Position numbers and translations under genes: made by a program. A DNA stretch of 32,265 bases from a virus (lineage: Duplodnaviria; Caudoviricetes). A model generated the notes under the pieces. It was not told the origin of the DNA, ran no database searches, and saw only the letters and a list, made by a program, of their open reading frames with translations. Of the stretch, positions 8,339 through 16,668 are shown in pieces. Numbering within the stretch: position 1 is the first letter of the stretch; each line of letters starts with the position of its first letter. The stretch spans positions 1 to 32,265 of the IMG/VR virus record IMGVR_UViG_3300020440_000982, one strand, 5' to 3'.

Positions 8339-11300
8339 ATGGCAAAAATAAATCTCGGAAGAATTAAACTACAATTCCAAGGAGAGTTTGACAAAAGTCA
8401 AGTCTACAGAAGAGACGACATAGTATACCACAATAACGCAATGTGGATTATGACGAATGAGTATCTTCCTGACGGGACTAGTGCATACGCTCCAGGAAGT
8501 AAAATTATGGGATACAATCCCAAAGACAGAACTGGAGACTTCTGGTCAAATGACCCTAATTACTCTGGTCCTGACGCATTTAATTATACTCAATATTGGA
8601 CAGAAAACGAAAGAAGAGCAGAAAGACAAAGAACTGATAAAGACGGGAATCCTATCACCCACAATTCTACATACGGTTCTAACGAAGACGGTGCTCATCA
8701 AATTAAACACGATGTAGTTGATTCCACATTAGGTAGTGTTGTTCGCCATCAAACTCACTTAATGGATGAATACGATAGTATGTTTGCAGAAACAGAAGAT
8801 GATTATTCTTCTGAAGATACTTACAATAAGTATGAACAATCATATTTCAGATATCATTACAGACCTGTAGAACAATCTTTTATAGTACAAGTTGCTGTAT
8901 CAGGTGGTGTTCCAGATTTTAAAATAGATAACAGAGTAGGAAATAATACTAAAGGTAGACAATTTGCTGGTTACAGAAATTGGGAAAACTTTAAAGAAGG
9001 CCATAAGTATTCTTTCAATCAACACGATAACAATAACAAATATTATCCATTAGGATTTTCATATACTGCTGATGGTATCCACCACTCTAGTGATGTTGGA
9101 AGAAGTTTAGGTGAAGACCCTAGAGGTCCTTATTATGTAAAAGGAACTACTTCTACTGGCGATAGTGGATTCTTTTCACCAATGTATAAAGATGAGGCGG
9201 CTGCAATCGCTGAAGATACATCAAGAGGTGGTGCTGGTGTTGCTCACGCATTAACTTTTGACCAAGGCGATGTTCCTGGTTGGGAAACAGAGGCAAGTCC
9301 ATCATTAAAAGGACATTTACACGCAGACGGAACTCAAAGAAAAGATACAATTGTATCTCTATTAACAGACGCAAGTAATAACACATACCTACAAGTAACA
9401 AATGCTTGGAAAGGTACAACAAAAGGTGGTGTTGCTTCTTCTGAAAGAAAAACAATTTACATTAATACTGGCGATACAACTGAACATCATTCAGTAACAG
9501 GTTCAACTCACTCATATGTGTATGTTGAAGGTGCATTAAAAGTTGGTTCAAATATCTCTGCTGTAGTAACACAGGCAAGAGACGATGAAGGAACTACTGC
9601 AACTGCTGATTACGCTGGTAGAAAAAGACTATTAATTAACGGCAAACCTGTTTATCAATTAGTCGCTGAGGCTTCAACAACTACCGTTGGTGGTATTGCT
9701 GGTGCATATCAGGCGATAGATAAAACTGGTACAGGTTCTACAACTGCTTTAGGTTCATCACCTACTTCAAACGAAGGTAAAGTAGTATTGTATATGCCAA
9801 AAATTACTGACCCTACTGCAAATTCTGAAAGAACATTCCAAGTTTCAGTTGCAAATCCAGGTTCAGGAAACAAATTTTATTACGATGGTGTTCTTGCAGA
9901 CGCAAACACAATCAAATTAGAAGAAGGAAAAACTTATAAGTTTGACCAATCAGATAGTACAAATGCAACTCACACTTTGGCGTTTTCAACAACTTCAAAT
10001 GGAACGCACGGTGGCGGTTCAGAGTATACTGATAGTGTAACTTATGTTGGTACTCCTGGAAGTGATGGTTCATATACTCAAATTAAAGTAAGAAGTGGTA
10101 TTGCTAAATTATACATTTATTGCAAGGCACACTCTGGTATGGGTAATGAGGCAGAAACTTATGATACTGCAACTAATTTAGGAAAAACATATGCTCCTGC
10201 AAACATTAAAAAATGGAGAGGTTATGGTAAAAATGGTTGGGTTAAATACTATCTTGACGGTTATCAAGTTGATGAAAACACTTATGTGGAATCATTCTTT
10301 ATGGCTGACAAAGGCGCTACAGACGACCACAACTATCCAAGAGTTATGGATAATGGTAAAGTCAAAGGCGGAAGACAATACAACTTCTTTAACAAATCAA
10401 ATAGAGTTGTTGAGATAGAAATACCTTATCAAAATAATCAAGTTGAAAGTGCTCAGACTACAATTTATCCATTCTGTTTAGAACCTACTACTACTGCAAG
10501 ACCAACTACTGGTATGTACAATAACTTTGGATGGAATATTGAGAAGTCTTGGAGAGGTCATAAACATTGGGACAAAATACAATCATCTATGAGATTTAAA
10601 GGTGAGTATTCTCCTAATACACAATACAACTATAATGATGTTGTATCTTACAAACCTTTCAAGAGAATATCAACTGGAGAGAAATTTTACAAACACGGTA
10701 CTGGTTTATACAGATGTATAAGAGATAACAAAGGTAGACCACCTCAACACGGTTTCCAAGGTGAGACAAGGTCTCCATTGATGACTGGTTCATCGGTTAC
10801 TTCTAATAGATTAACTGGTTACTCTCAATACGAAGAAAATAACGAAACAGGTAAAAATTATCCTGCTCATATTCAATCATATCATAACTGCTGGGAATCC
10901 TTTGCAGGTATGAATAACCAAGAACAATGTGCTGGTGTTTGGTTCCCGAACAAAGGTCCAATCGCTTGGCCATATAAACACGGTAATATTGAAAGTGCGA
11001 ACATCTACAGATGTCATATGTTTATAGATAAAAATGGTGCTGTATGGACATTAGGTCACGGTTCTTCTTCACACAATATGGAACAAGGTCGTTCATCTTC
11101 ATACTTTAGAGAAGTATGTTTCAGATGGAGAGATTTCTATAACTCTGAAAGTAGAAACGAAGGTGGATACAATGAAAGACGAGGTTCTAAATGGTCTCGT
11201 TATGACAGAATGAGAACTCCAAGAGCAGTACAGATTGAAATGTCTTATGACGGAACAATGGTATTGTTTGATAATGGAGAAATATTCCACGGTGGTTATG

Positions 11301-12451
11301 GTTCTCACGGACAACAAGGTACTGGTTATGACGGTGCGCCAGGAATGGCAATGTCTCCAGACGGAGTTGAGGGCGTTCACTTTATTAAAATAGCAATGAA
11401 ACACCAAAACGAAGATAGTACACACACTCCTTGTGCTTTAGATGACGAAGGTGGTGTATGGACTTGGGGTTACAATGGTTATGGTGAATGTGGCGATGGT
11501 AGAACTCAAAACAACTACGGACCTAAAAAGATTCCTTCAGAATTCTTTAATGACGAGAAGATTATAGATATTACTTGCTCAGGCGGTGATAGTACATCTT
11601 TCTATGCAAGAACTTCAGAAGACAATATTTACGCTTGGGGTAGAAATAACATTGGTCAATTAGGTGACACAACTACAACTGATAAGTACAGACCAGTATT
11701 ACAAACTGGATTTGCGGCTGCAGACAATGGTGGTATCGCTGTATGGGCTGCTATTTCACACTCTTCAAATAGTGCGTTCCACATTTTAGATGGTAACGGA
11801 TATATTTGGAGTACAGGTAAGAACGATTATGGTAACTTCTTTGATAATTCTACAACTGATAGAAATACAATGACACAGGCAACTGCTTCTCCTGCTGGAG
11901 ATATTGTTGATATGTGGGCATTAAGATGGAATGGTTACAAAACAACTTTCGTAAGATTGAAAAATGGTGAAACTTGGACTGCTGGTCACTCTGGTGGTTA
12001 CTACAACTCTGGTGATGGTGGTACAGGTACAAATACTGCACCTGTTCAAGTTGATAAAATTAACAATCTAAAAGAAGTTAATATTTGTAACACTTATTCC
12101 GACCAAGGAAGAAGTTATTGGTTACAAGATAATGGCGAAATGTTTAGTCAAGGTCGTGATGTTTACGGCTCTATGCCTAATCCAATCGCTGGTGATAACT
12201 GGAATGGTGAAGATGGTACATATAAACCTTTCCACTCTTTCGTTCCTGCTGGAACAAGAATTAAGACTATGTGTATTCAAGGTATTGACCAAAGTACAAA
12301 CTACTATGGACTACAACCTTGGGTAGGTACCGAAGATGGTCAGACTTTATTGTGGGGCTATTCAAACAACAATAACTTGGGACACCACGCTTCTGCGACT
12401 TATTCAAGTACTGGAAGAAGTATGATGTTAAACCCTGGTATTGGAAGATAA
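8339..12451 (+). CDS. Putative receptor-binding/tail protein with cupredoxin-like insert and C-terminal RCC1-like propeller (paralogue 2)
   Basis: MAKINLGRIKLQFQGEF anchor, LYIYCKAHSGMG motif, and RCC1 repeats LDDEGGVWTWGYNGYGECG, NIYAWGRNNIGQLG, GYIWSTGKNDYG. Confidence 0.75.
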   Translation: MAKINLGRIKLQFQGEFDKSQVYRRDDIVYHNNAMWIMTNEYLPDGTSAYAPGSKIMGYNPKDRTGDFWSNDPNYSGPDAFNYTQYWTENERRAERQRTDKDGNPITHNSTYGSNEDGAHQIKHDVVDSTLGSVVRHQTHLMDEYDSMFAETEDDYSSEDTYNKYEQSYFRYHYRPVEQSFIVQVAVSGGVPDFKIDNRVGNNTKGRQFAGYRNWENFKEGHKYSFNQHDNNNKYYPLGFSYTADGIHHSSDVGRSLGEDPRGPYYVKGTTSTGDSGFFSPMYKDEAAAIAEDTSRGGAGVAHALTFDQGDVPGWETEASPSLKGHLHADGTQRKDTIVSLLTDASNNTYLQVTNAWKGTTKGGVASSERKTIYINTGDTTEHHSVTGSTHSYVYVEGALKVGSNISAVVTQARDDEGTTATADYAGRKRLLINGKPVYQLVAEASTTTVGGIAGAYQAIDKTGTGSTTALGSSPTSNEGKVVLYMPKITDPTANSERTFQVSVANPGSGNKFYYDGVLADANTIKLEEGKTYKFDQSDSTNATHTLAFSTTSNGTHGGGSEYTDSVTYVGTPGSDGSYTQIKVRSGIAKLYIYCKAHSGMGNEAETYDTATNLGKTYAPANIKKWRGYGKNGWVKYYLDGYQVDENTYVESFFMADKGATDDHNYPRVMDNGKVKGGRQYNFFNKSNRVVEIEIPYQNNQVESAQTTIYPFCLEPTTTARPTTGMYNNFGWNIEKSWRGHKHWDKIQSSMRFKGEYSPNTQYNYNDVVSYKPFKRISTGEKFYKHGTGLYRCIRDNKGRPPQHGFQGETRSPLMTGSSVTSNRLTGYSQYEENNETGKNYPAHIQSYHNCWESFAGMNNQEQCAGVWFPNKGPIAWPYKHGNIESANIYRCHMFIDKNGAVWTLGHGSSSHNMEQGRSSSYFREVCFRWRDFYNSESRNEGGYNERRGSKWSRYDRMRTPRAVQIEMSYDGTMVLFDNGEIFHGGYGSHGQQGTGYDGAPGMAMSPDGVEGVHFIKIAMKHQNEDSTHTPCALDDEGGVWTWGYNGYGECGDGRTQNNYGPKKIPSEFFNDEKIIDITCSGGDSTSFYARTSEDNIYAWGRNNIGQLGDTTTTDKYRPVLQTGFAAADNGGIAVWAAISHSSNSAFHILDGNGYIWSTGKNDYGNFFDNSTTDRNTMTQATASPAGDIVDMWALRWNGYKTTFVRLKNGETWTAGHSGGYYNSGDGGTGTNTAPVQVDKINNLKEVNICNTYSDQGRSYWLQDNGEMFSQGRDVYGSMPNPIAGDNWNGEDGTYKPFHSFVPAGTRIKTMCIQGIDQSTNYYGLQPWVGTEDGQTLLWGYSNNNNLGHHASATYSSTGRSMMLNPGIGR

Positions 12452-12459
12452 TATAAATA
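12452..12459 (+). promoter_or_regulatory. T4-type late promoter (TATAAATA)
   Basis: Exact consensus immediately after the stop codon at 12451. Confidence 0.8.
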
Positions 12460-12495
12460 GAAGTATAACAATAGAAAAAAACGGAGAAAAAAACA

Positions 12496-12885
12496 ATGGC
12501 TAAAGTAATATACTCAATGACTGCTGGTGTTGGACACGGCGATGACTATGTTGCTCCTACAGGTGTTACACCAATTAGTTTAGGTGAAGTTGGCGGAAAA
12601 GTCTATTTTTCAATAGATGACGGCGATACAACTATCAAAACTGACGGTGCTAACGATAGTGTTTATGGAGTTTCAATAGTTTCGGATGCAGATGAAAAAA
12701 CTGCAATCAAAAACGCAAGTAGTTATGTAGAACAAGGGCTTGACGAGTTAGAGAAATCTTTTATGCAAGACAAATCAATAGTAGATTTATTGGCTGATGT
12801 CGCAGACGACACTTCAGCAACTAAAACTGCAATTGCAGGACTTAAAACATCAAAATCTGATTTCTTAACAAATCTAGGGTTCTAA
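12496..12885 (+). CDS. Hypothetical acidic protein, possible fibre chaperone/adaptor
   Basis: 129 aa, GGAG RBS, own late promoter. Beta-rich N-half and helical C-half. Lies between RCC1 paralogues. Confidence 0.5.
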   Translation: MAKVIYSMTAGVGHGDDYVAPTGVTPISLGEVGGKVYFSIDDGDTTIKTDGANDSVYGVSIVSDADEKTAIKNASSYVEQGLDELEKSFMQDKSIVDLLADVADDTSATKTAIAGLKTSKSDFLTNLGF

Positions 12886-12888
12886 ATA
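12881..12888 (+). promoter_or_regulatory. Possible late promoter variant (TCTAAATA)
   Basis: TAAATA core overlapping stop 12883-12885, about 33 nt before ATG 12921. One mismatch to consensus. Confidence 0.4.
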
Positions 12889-12920
12889 TATAAAAGAATT
12901 AATTAAAGAAGGTAATAAAA

Positions 12921-15116
12921 ATGTCATTAGATATCAAAAACTTTAAAGTATCCTGGAGAGGTTCTTGGAGAGACAAAGAAAGATACTATAAGAACGATAT
13001 AGTATATTGGAGAGGTAAATCATACAGATGTGTTGAAGACACACCTGAGCATTTTACTATTTCTTCAGAAATGTTTACGAATACATCATCGTATACCCAA
13101 TACGGACCTACAATCAGGAAGAGAAGTTACAGACCAGATAATGGTAGATATTGGACATTGTTACTTGCTGGTAACGATAACATAGAGACTTGGCAATATT
13201 GGAGACAATATGAAAGAGGCGAAATGTGTAAAGTTGCTGACAAAATTTATCTTTGCAAACAAAAAACTAGATACTGCAATACTTGGGTCGTAGAACACGA
13301 TGGAAGACCTTCAAAGTATTGGGAATTAGTGTACATCAACGAAAACAAATGGTCTACAAGAAACGAAGTTGTATCATTTAACAACCGTGCTCCGTTAGGT
13401 TGGAGATACAATATGGGTGTTGGCCACAAACAAGACGCTGATGAAAGTTATAGAACTTGTACACTATGTTCCGATGGTTCTGATATGTGGGTAGGTTCAA
13501 CTGATAGTACATCATCTTCTGGATTAGGAGAAGGTGTTGCTGGAAACGATGAACCTGCAAAACACTTTTCAACAGGATTTACATTTACAGACTGGATGGG
13601 TTCAATTGATAACCAAAATTGGAACTTAAATTCAACTGGAAGAATGACAACTTGGGATGGCGAAGCGCCTAAAATTATTCAAGTTGTTAAAAACTATAAT
13701 AGAACTATGTGGTTAATGAACAATGGTGAAGTTTACGCCGCTGGTGAAAATAGTGATTATGGTTTAGGAAATTCAGAAACTACAGATAGACCGTACTCAA
13801 TCAGAGTAACGGCTTCTGATACGGTAGACTGGCAAGGTAATACAATAGATAAAACATTTAATCAAACTAGAATGGTTAAAGTAGGATTTTCAGATGAAGG
13901 AAAAAATAATGGTTCTTCATCACATTGGGCATTAGGCTCAGATGGTTCAGTTTGGGTATGGGGATACAATAACAATGGTCAATTAGGATTAGGGAATCCA
14001 TCAATTAATAACTCAACAGATACTTCTGGTGGTCCAACTTCAACTGCTTTCTATAGTGCCAATGTAACAAGACCTGTTAGATTGCCACAATCATATTTTG
14101 ATGGAAGAAGAATTGTAGATATGTGGGCTTCAGGTTCAGAAGAATGTTGGTTCCACGCATTAGACGATACTGGACAACTATGGGGTTGGGGACACAATCA
14201 ACACGGTGAACTTGGTGTTGGTAACAGAAATGGCTCTTACTACTATACTACTCCTACAAGAATTGGATTAAACTTCAACAAGTATGGTGGAATTAAACTA
14301 TACAAAACTACACACTCAAATGGTGGTAACTCTTGTACTCACATATTAGACGGCGAAGGTTATATGTGGTTTACAGGTTATACTACTTCAGGTGCTTGGC
14401 CAATTGGTTCTCCTGGTTATACAGGAACACACCACATTGGTTCATTCAGAAGAGAAGGTCACTTTATAAATGGAGATATTGACTTCTTCTGGTGTGGTGG
14501 TGACGAAAACAAATGGTTATATTTAAGACAAAAGAATACTGGAATGTTATGGGTACACGATGGTAACTATGGAACATATGGTGGCCGTGGTCAATCAGTT
14601 GAAAGTAATGGATACTGGTATGCTTCAGGTGGACAACCTGGTACATTCCTCCATGTGAAAGGTCCTAAATGGACGGTTAATGTTTGTGATGTAGGTCAAG
14701 ATAGGGCAGATGGTTCTTACCAATATACTTTCCCTATGATACTTGATGACGAAGGCTTAATATGGGGTGGTGCTCCATATTCAAACAGCGAACAAGGTCT
14801 TGGTGGGGATTCATCTAACAATGACCAATGGACAAATGGTGGTCGTAATGATACGCAAGGTGCAATGGAAGACAATGAAATGTTTAGAACAAGAAAAAGA
14901 CTTGTATTCCAACCTGCTGGTGGTCATAGATGGACTGATTTATTCTATGGTGGCAGAGGTTCTTCAAACTGCCCGAGAGCATTAAATCACAGAGGACAAT
15001 TGTACTGGACTGGTTATGATGGTGGTGCTTCTGTAACGATGAACTATGACTATTATAGTGAAGGTGCGAACTCTGACCAAAACTCTTACTTCTTCCACTT
15101 GGGTCCTAGAGACTAG
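12921..15116 (+). CDS. Putative receptor-binding/tail protein with RCC1-like propeller (paralogue 3)
   Basis: Two CBM-like units, then LGSDGSVWVWGYNNNGQLGLG, LDDTGQLWGWGHNQHGELGVG and further blades. Trp-rich. Confidence 0.75.
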   Translation: MSLDIKNFKVSWRGSWRDKERYYKNDIVYWRGKSYRCVEDTPEHFTISSEMFTNTSSYTQYGPTIRKRSYRPDNGRYWTLLLAGNDNIETWQYWRQYERGEMCKVADKIYLCKQKTRYCNTWVVEHDGRPSKYWELVYINENKWSTRNEVVSFNNRAPLGWRYNMGVGHKQDADESYRTCTLCSDGSDMWVGSTDSTSSSGLGEGVAGNDEPAKHFSTGFTFTDWMGSIDNQNWNLNSTGRMTTWDGEAPKIIQVVKNYNRTMWLMNNGEVYAAGENSDYGLGNSETTDRPYSIRVTASDTVDWQGNTIDKTFNQTRMVKVGFSDEGKNNGSSSHWALGSDGSVWVWGYNNNGQLGLGNPSINNSTDTSGGPTSTAFYSANVTRPVRLPQSYFDGRRIVDMWASGSEECWFHALDDTGQLWGWGHNQHGELGVGNRNGSYYYTTPTRIGLNFNKYGGIKLYKTTHSNGGNSCTHILDGEGYMWFTGYTTSGAWPIGSPGYTGTHHIGSFRREGHFINGDIDFFWCGGDENKWLYLRQKNTGMLWVHDGNYGTYGGRGQSVESNGYWYASGGQPGTFLHVKGPKWTVNVCDVGQDRADGSYQYTFPMILDDEGLIWGGAPYSNSEQGLGGDSSNNDQWTNGGRNDTQGAMEDNEMFRTRKRLVFQPAGGHRWTDLFYGGRGSSNCPRALNHRGQLYWTGYDGGASVTMNYDYYSEGANSDQNSYFFHLGPRD

Positions 15117-15124
15117 TATAAATA
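15117..15124 (+). promoter_or_regulatory. T4-type late promoter (TATAAATA) heading the heme/bilin cassette
   Basis: Exact consensus directly after stop 15116, about 50 nt upstream of ATG 15176. Confidence 0.8.
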
Positions 15125-15135
15125 GTTATATTATT

Positions 15136-15153
15136 AAACCTTAACAGGTTTTT
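15136..15153 (+). other. Short leader hairpin AAACCT-TAAC-AGGTTT followed by T-run
   Basis: 6-bp inverted repeat, 4-nt loop. Weak. Confidence 0.3.
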
Positions 15154-15175
15154 ATATTAAAAAATTGGAGTGAAT

Positions 15176-16009
15176 ATGAAAGAACTAGAAGAGTTTGTTG
15201 ATAAGGCTCGTAAAACTTTTGACGATTTACCGTTCATCAGCGATTATCTAAACAAAAATTTAAAACACAAAGAACTTGTAGGTACTTACCTTTACAATCA
15301 GACTTTGATTATTCAAAAATTAGAGTTTGAATGTAGAGAAGCAGGACTTACAAAAGACATCCCTGAAATAGAAATACAAAAACAATTAGATGAGGCCTGG
15401 AAAGCAGAATGGCCTTATGAAGCAGAAGATGTATCTAAACCTTGGGTTCAACCAAGTATGATGTTTGCCACTCAAAATTGGGCTGAACACATTGACGAAA
15501 TAAAATCAAAAAGACATAAACTTATTGCACACTTGTATGCTACTCATAGTGAGATTATGATTAATCAAGGTACTTCGGTTCTAAAAGAAAGACTTACACA
15601 AAAATTTGAAGAGTTTTATAAAGAACATAAAGATGAAATGCTTGAAGAAATTAAAGTCTCTTGGGATATGAGAAATAGTATGGCACACGATTTAGAAGCA
15701 CACAAAGAACATATGGAAGAAATACTTCCTAGAATTGCATTATTTAAAATTGCGGCTCAAGAAATTATGGAAGATAAATCTGGTCTTAATGATATGTCTG
15801 GTGGTGCAAAAGACGAAACAGAAGATATGAAAGTTAGAGCAGAATTAATGAAAAATGCTGTAACGGTTAGAGAGGCAGAAGTAAAAGACTTACCTGAAGA
15901 GTATCAAAAACTAGTTAAAGATGATATTGCTCAAGAAGCAGAAAAGAAAAAACTAGAAGAAAGAGAAATGAAAAAGGCGATGGCCGAAGGTAAGGTGAGA
16001 ACTCAATGA
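15176..16009 (+). CDS. Degenerate heme-oxygenase-fold protein (HemO paralogue lacking catalytic motifs) with charged C-terminal extension
   Basis: Aligns by eye to the adjacent HemO (YLYNQ/YLANQ, GLTKDIPEI/GLLDDMPEI, KLIAHLY..H/KIIAHIY..H). Start moved from GTG 15170 to ATG 15176 (GGAG at 15167-15170). Confidence 0.65.
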   Translation: MKELEEFVDKARKTFDDLPFISDYLNKNLKHKELVGTYLYNQTLIIQKLEFECREAGLTKDIPEIEIQKQLDEAWKAEWPYEAEDVSKPWVQPSMMFATQNWAEHIDEIKSKRHKLIAHLYATHSEIMINQGTSVLKERLTQKFEEFYKEHKDEMLEEIKVSWDMRNSMAHDLEAHKEHMEEILPRIALFKIAAQEIMEDKSGLNDMSGGAKDETEDMKVRAELMKNAVTVREAEVKDLPEEYQKLVKDDIAQEAEKKKLEEREMKKAMAEGKVRTQ

Positions 16010-16668
16010 AAACATTAAAAGAGTTAACTTGGGAACATCACAAAGAAGCAGAAAGACAAAAATTTGTAAAAGTATTAATGTCAGGTAAAATAAATCCTGA
16101 AATATATGCTATCTATCTTGCTAATCAACATAAAACTTACGATGTATTAGAAGCAATGGCAATGGCCGATGGTCTATTAGATGATATGCCAGAGATAAGA
16201 AGAGCGCCACGCATTAAAAAAGACTTTGATGAGTTATGGACATATAGTTGGCAACCAGTTATATTTCCTACTACAGAAAAATATATTAAATATGTTGCTG
16301 AAACACTTATGGATTGTCCAGAGAAAATAATTGCACACATATATGTTAGACATATGGGTGATTTATCAGGTGGTCAAATGATTAAAAGAAAAATACCTGG
16401 TGCAGGTACAATGTATGATTTTAATTTTAGATATAAAGATGGTGATGGAAGTAAAAAATTTCAAACTATAGAAGAAATGAAATCTGCATTAAGATTAAAA
16501 GTTGATAGTTTTCAAAAGTATTCAGACGCAAGTACAATTACAGAAAATGTAAATAATGTAGTTTATGAAGCAAGAACTTGTTTTAATTTTGCAACTTTAT
16601 TATTTAAAGATATAGATAAATTTATTAACGATAATGAAAAGAGGTTTGGTGATGGCACAGAGAAGTAG
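16006..16668 (+). CDS. hemO: Heme oxygenase
   Basis: LKELTWEHHKEAE with proximal His12, AHIYVRHMGDLSGGQMI distal-helix signature, C-terminal EARTCFNF. ATGA overlap with the upstream ORF. Confidence 0.93.
   Translation: MKTLKELTWEHHKEAERQKFVKVLMSGKINPEIYAIYLANQHKTYDVLEAMAMADGLLDDMPEIRRAPRIKKDFDELWTYSWQPVIFPTTEKYIKYVAETLMDCPEKIIAHIYVRHMGDLSGGQMIKRKIPGAGTMYDFNFRYKDGDGSKKFQTIEEMKSALRLKVDSFQKYSDASTITENVNNVVYEARTCFNFATLLFKDIDKFINDNEKRFGDGTEK

Noticed and set aside
12921-15116. Trp-rich RCC1 propeller as a UVR8-like UV-B sensor linked to the bilin cassette
   Set aside because: No GWRHT motifs. Most Trp sit at ordinary RCC1 and CBM-like structural positions.
1363-15116. T4 gp37-style HxH iron-binding ladder that could take iron from HemO
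   Set aside because: Only isolated HxH/HH instances; no periodic paired-His series.
5092-15116. Diversity-generating retroelement or invertase-shuffled tips
   Set aside because: No reverse transcriptase or recombinase and no near-identical DNA repeats seen by eye. A self dot-plot would be needed to exclude this fully.
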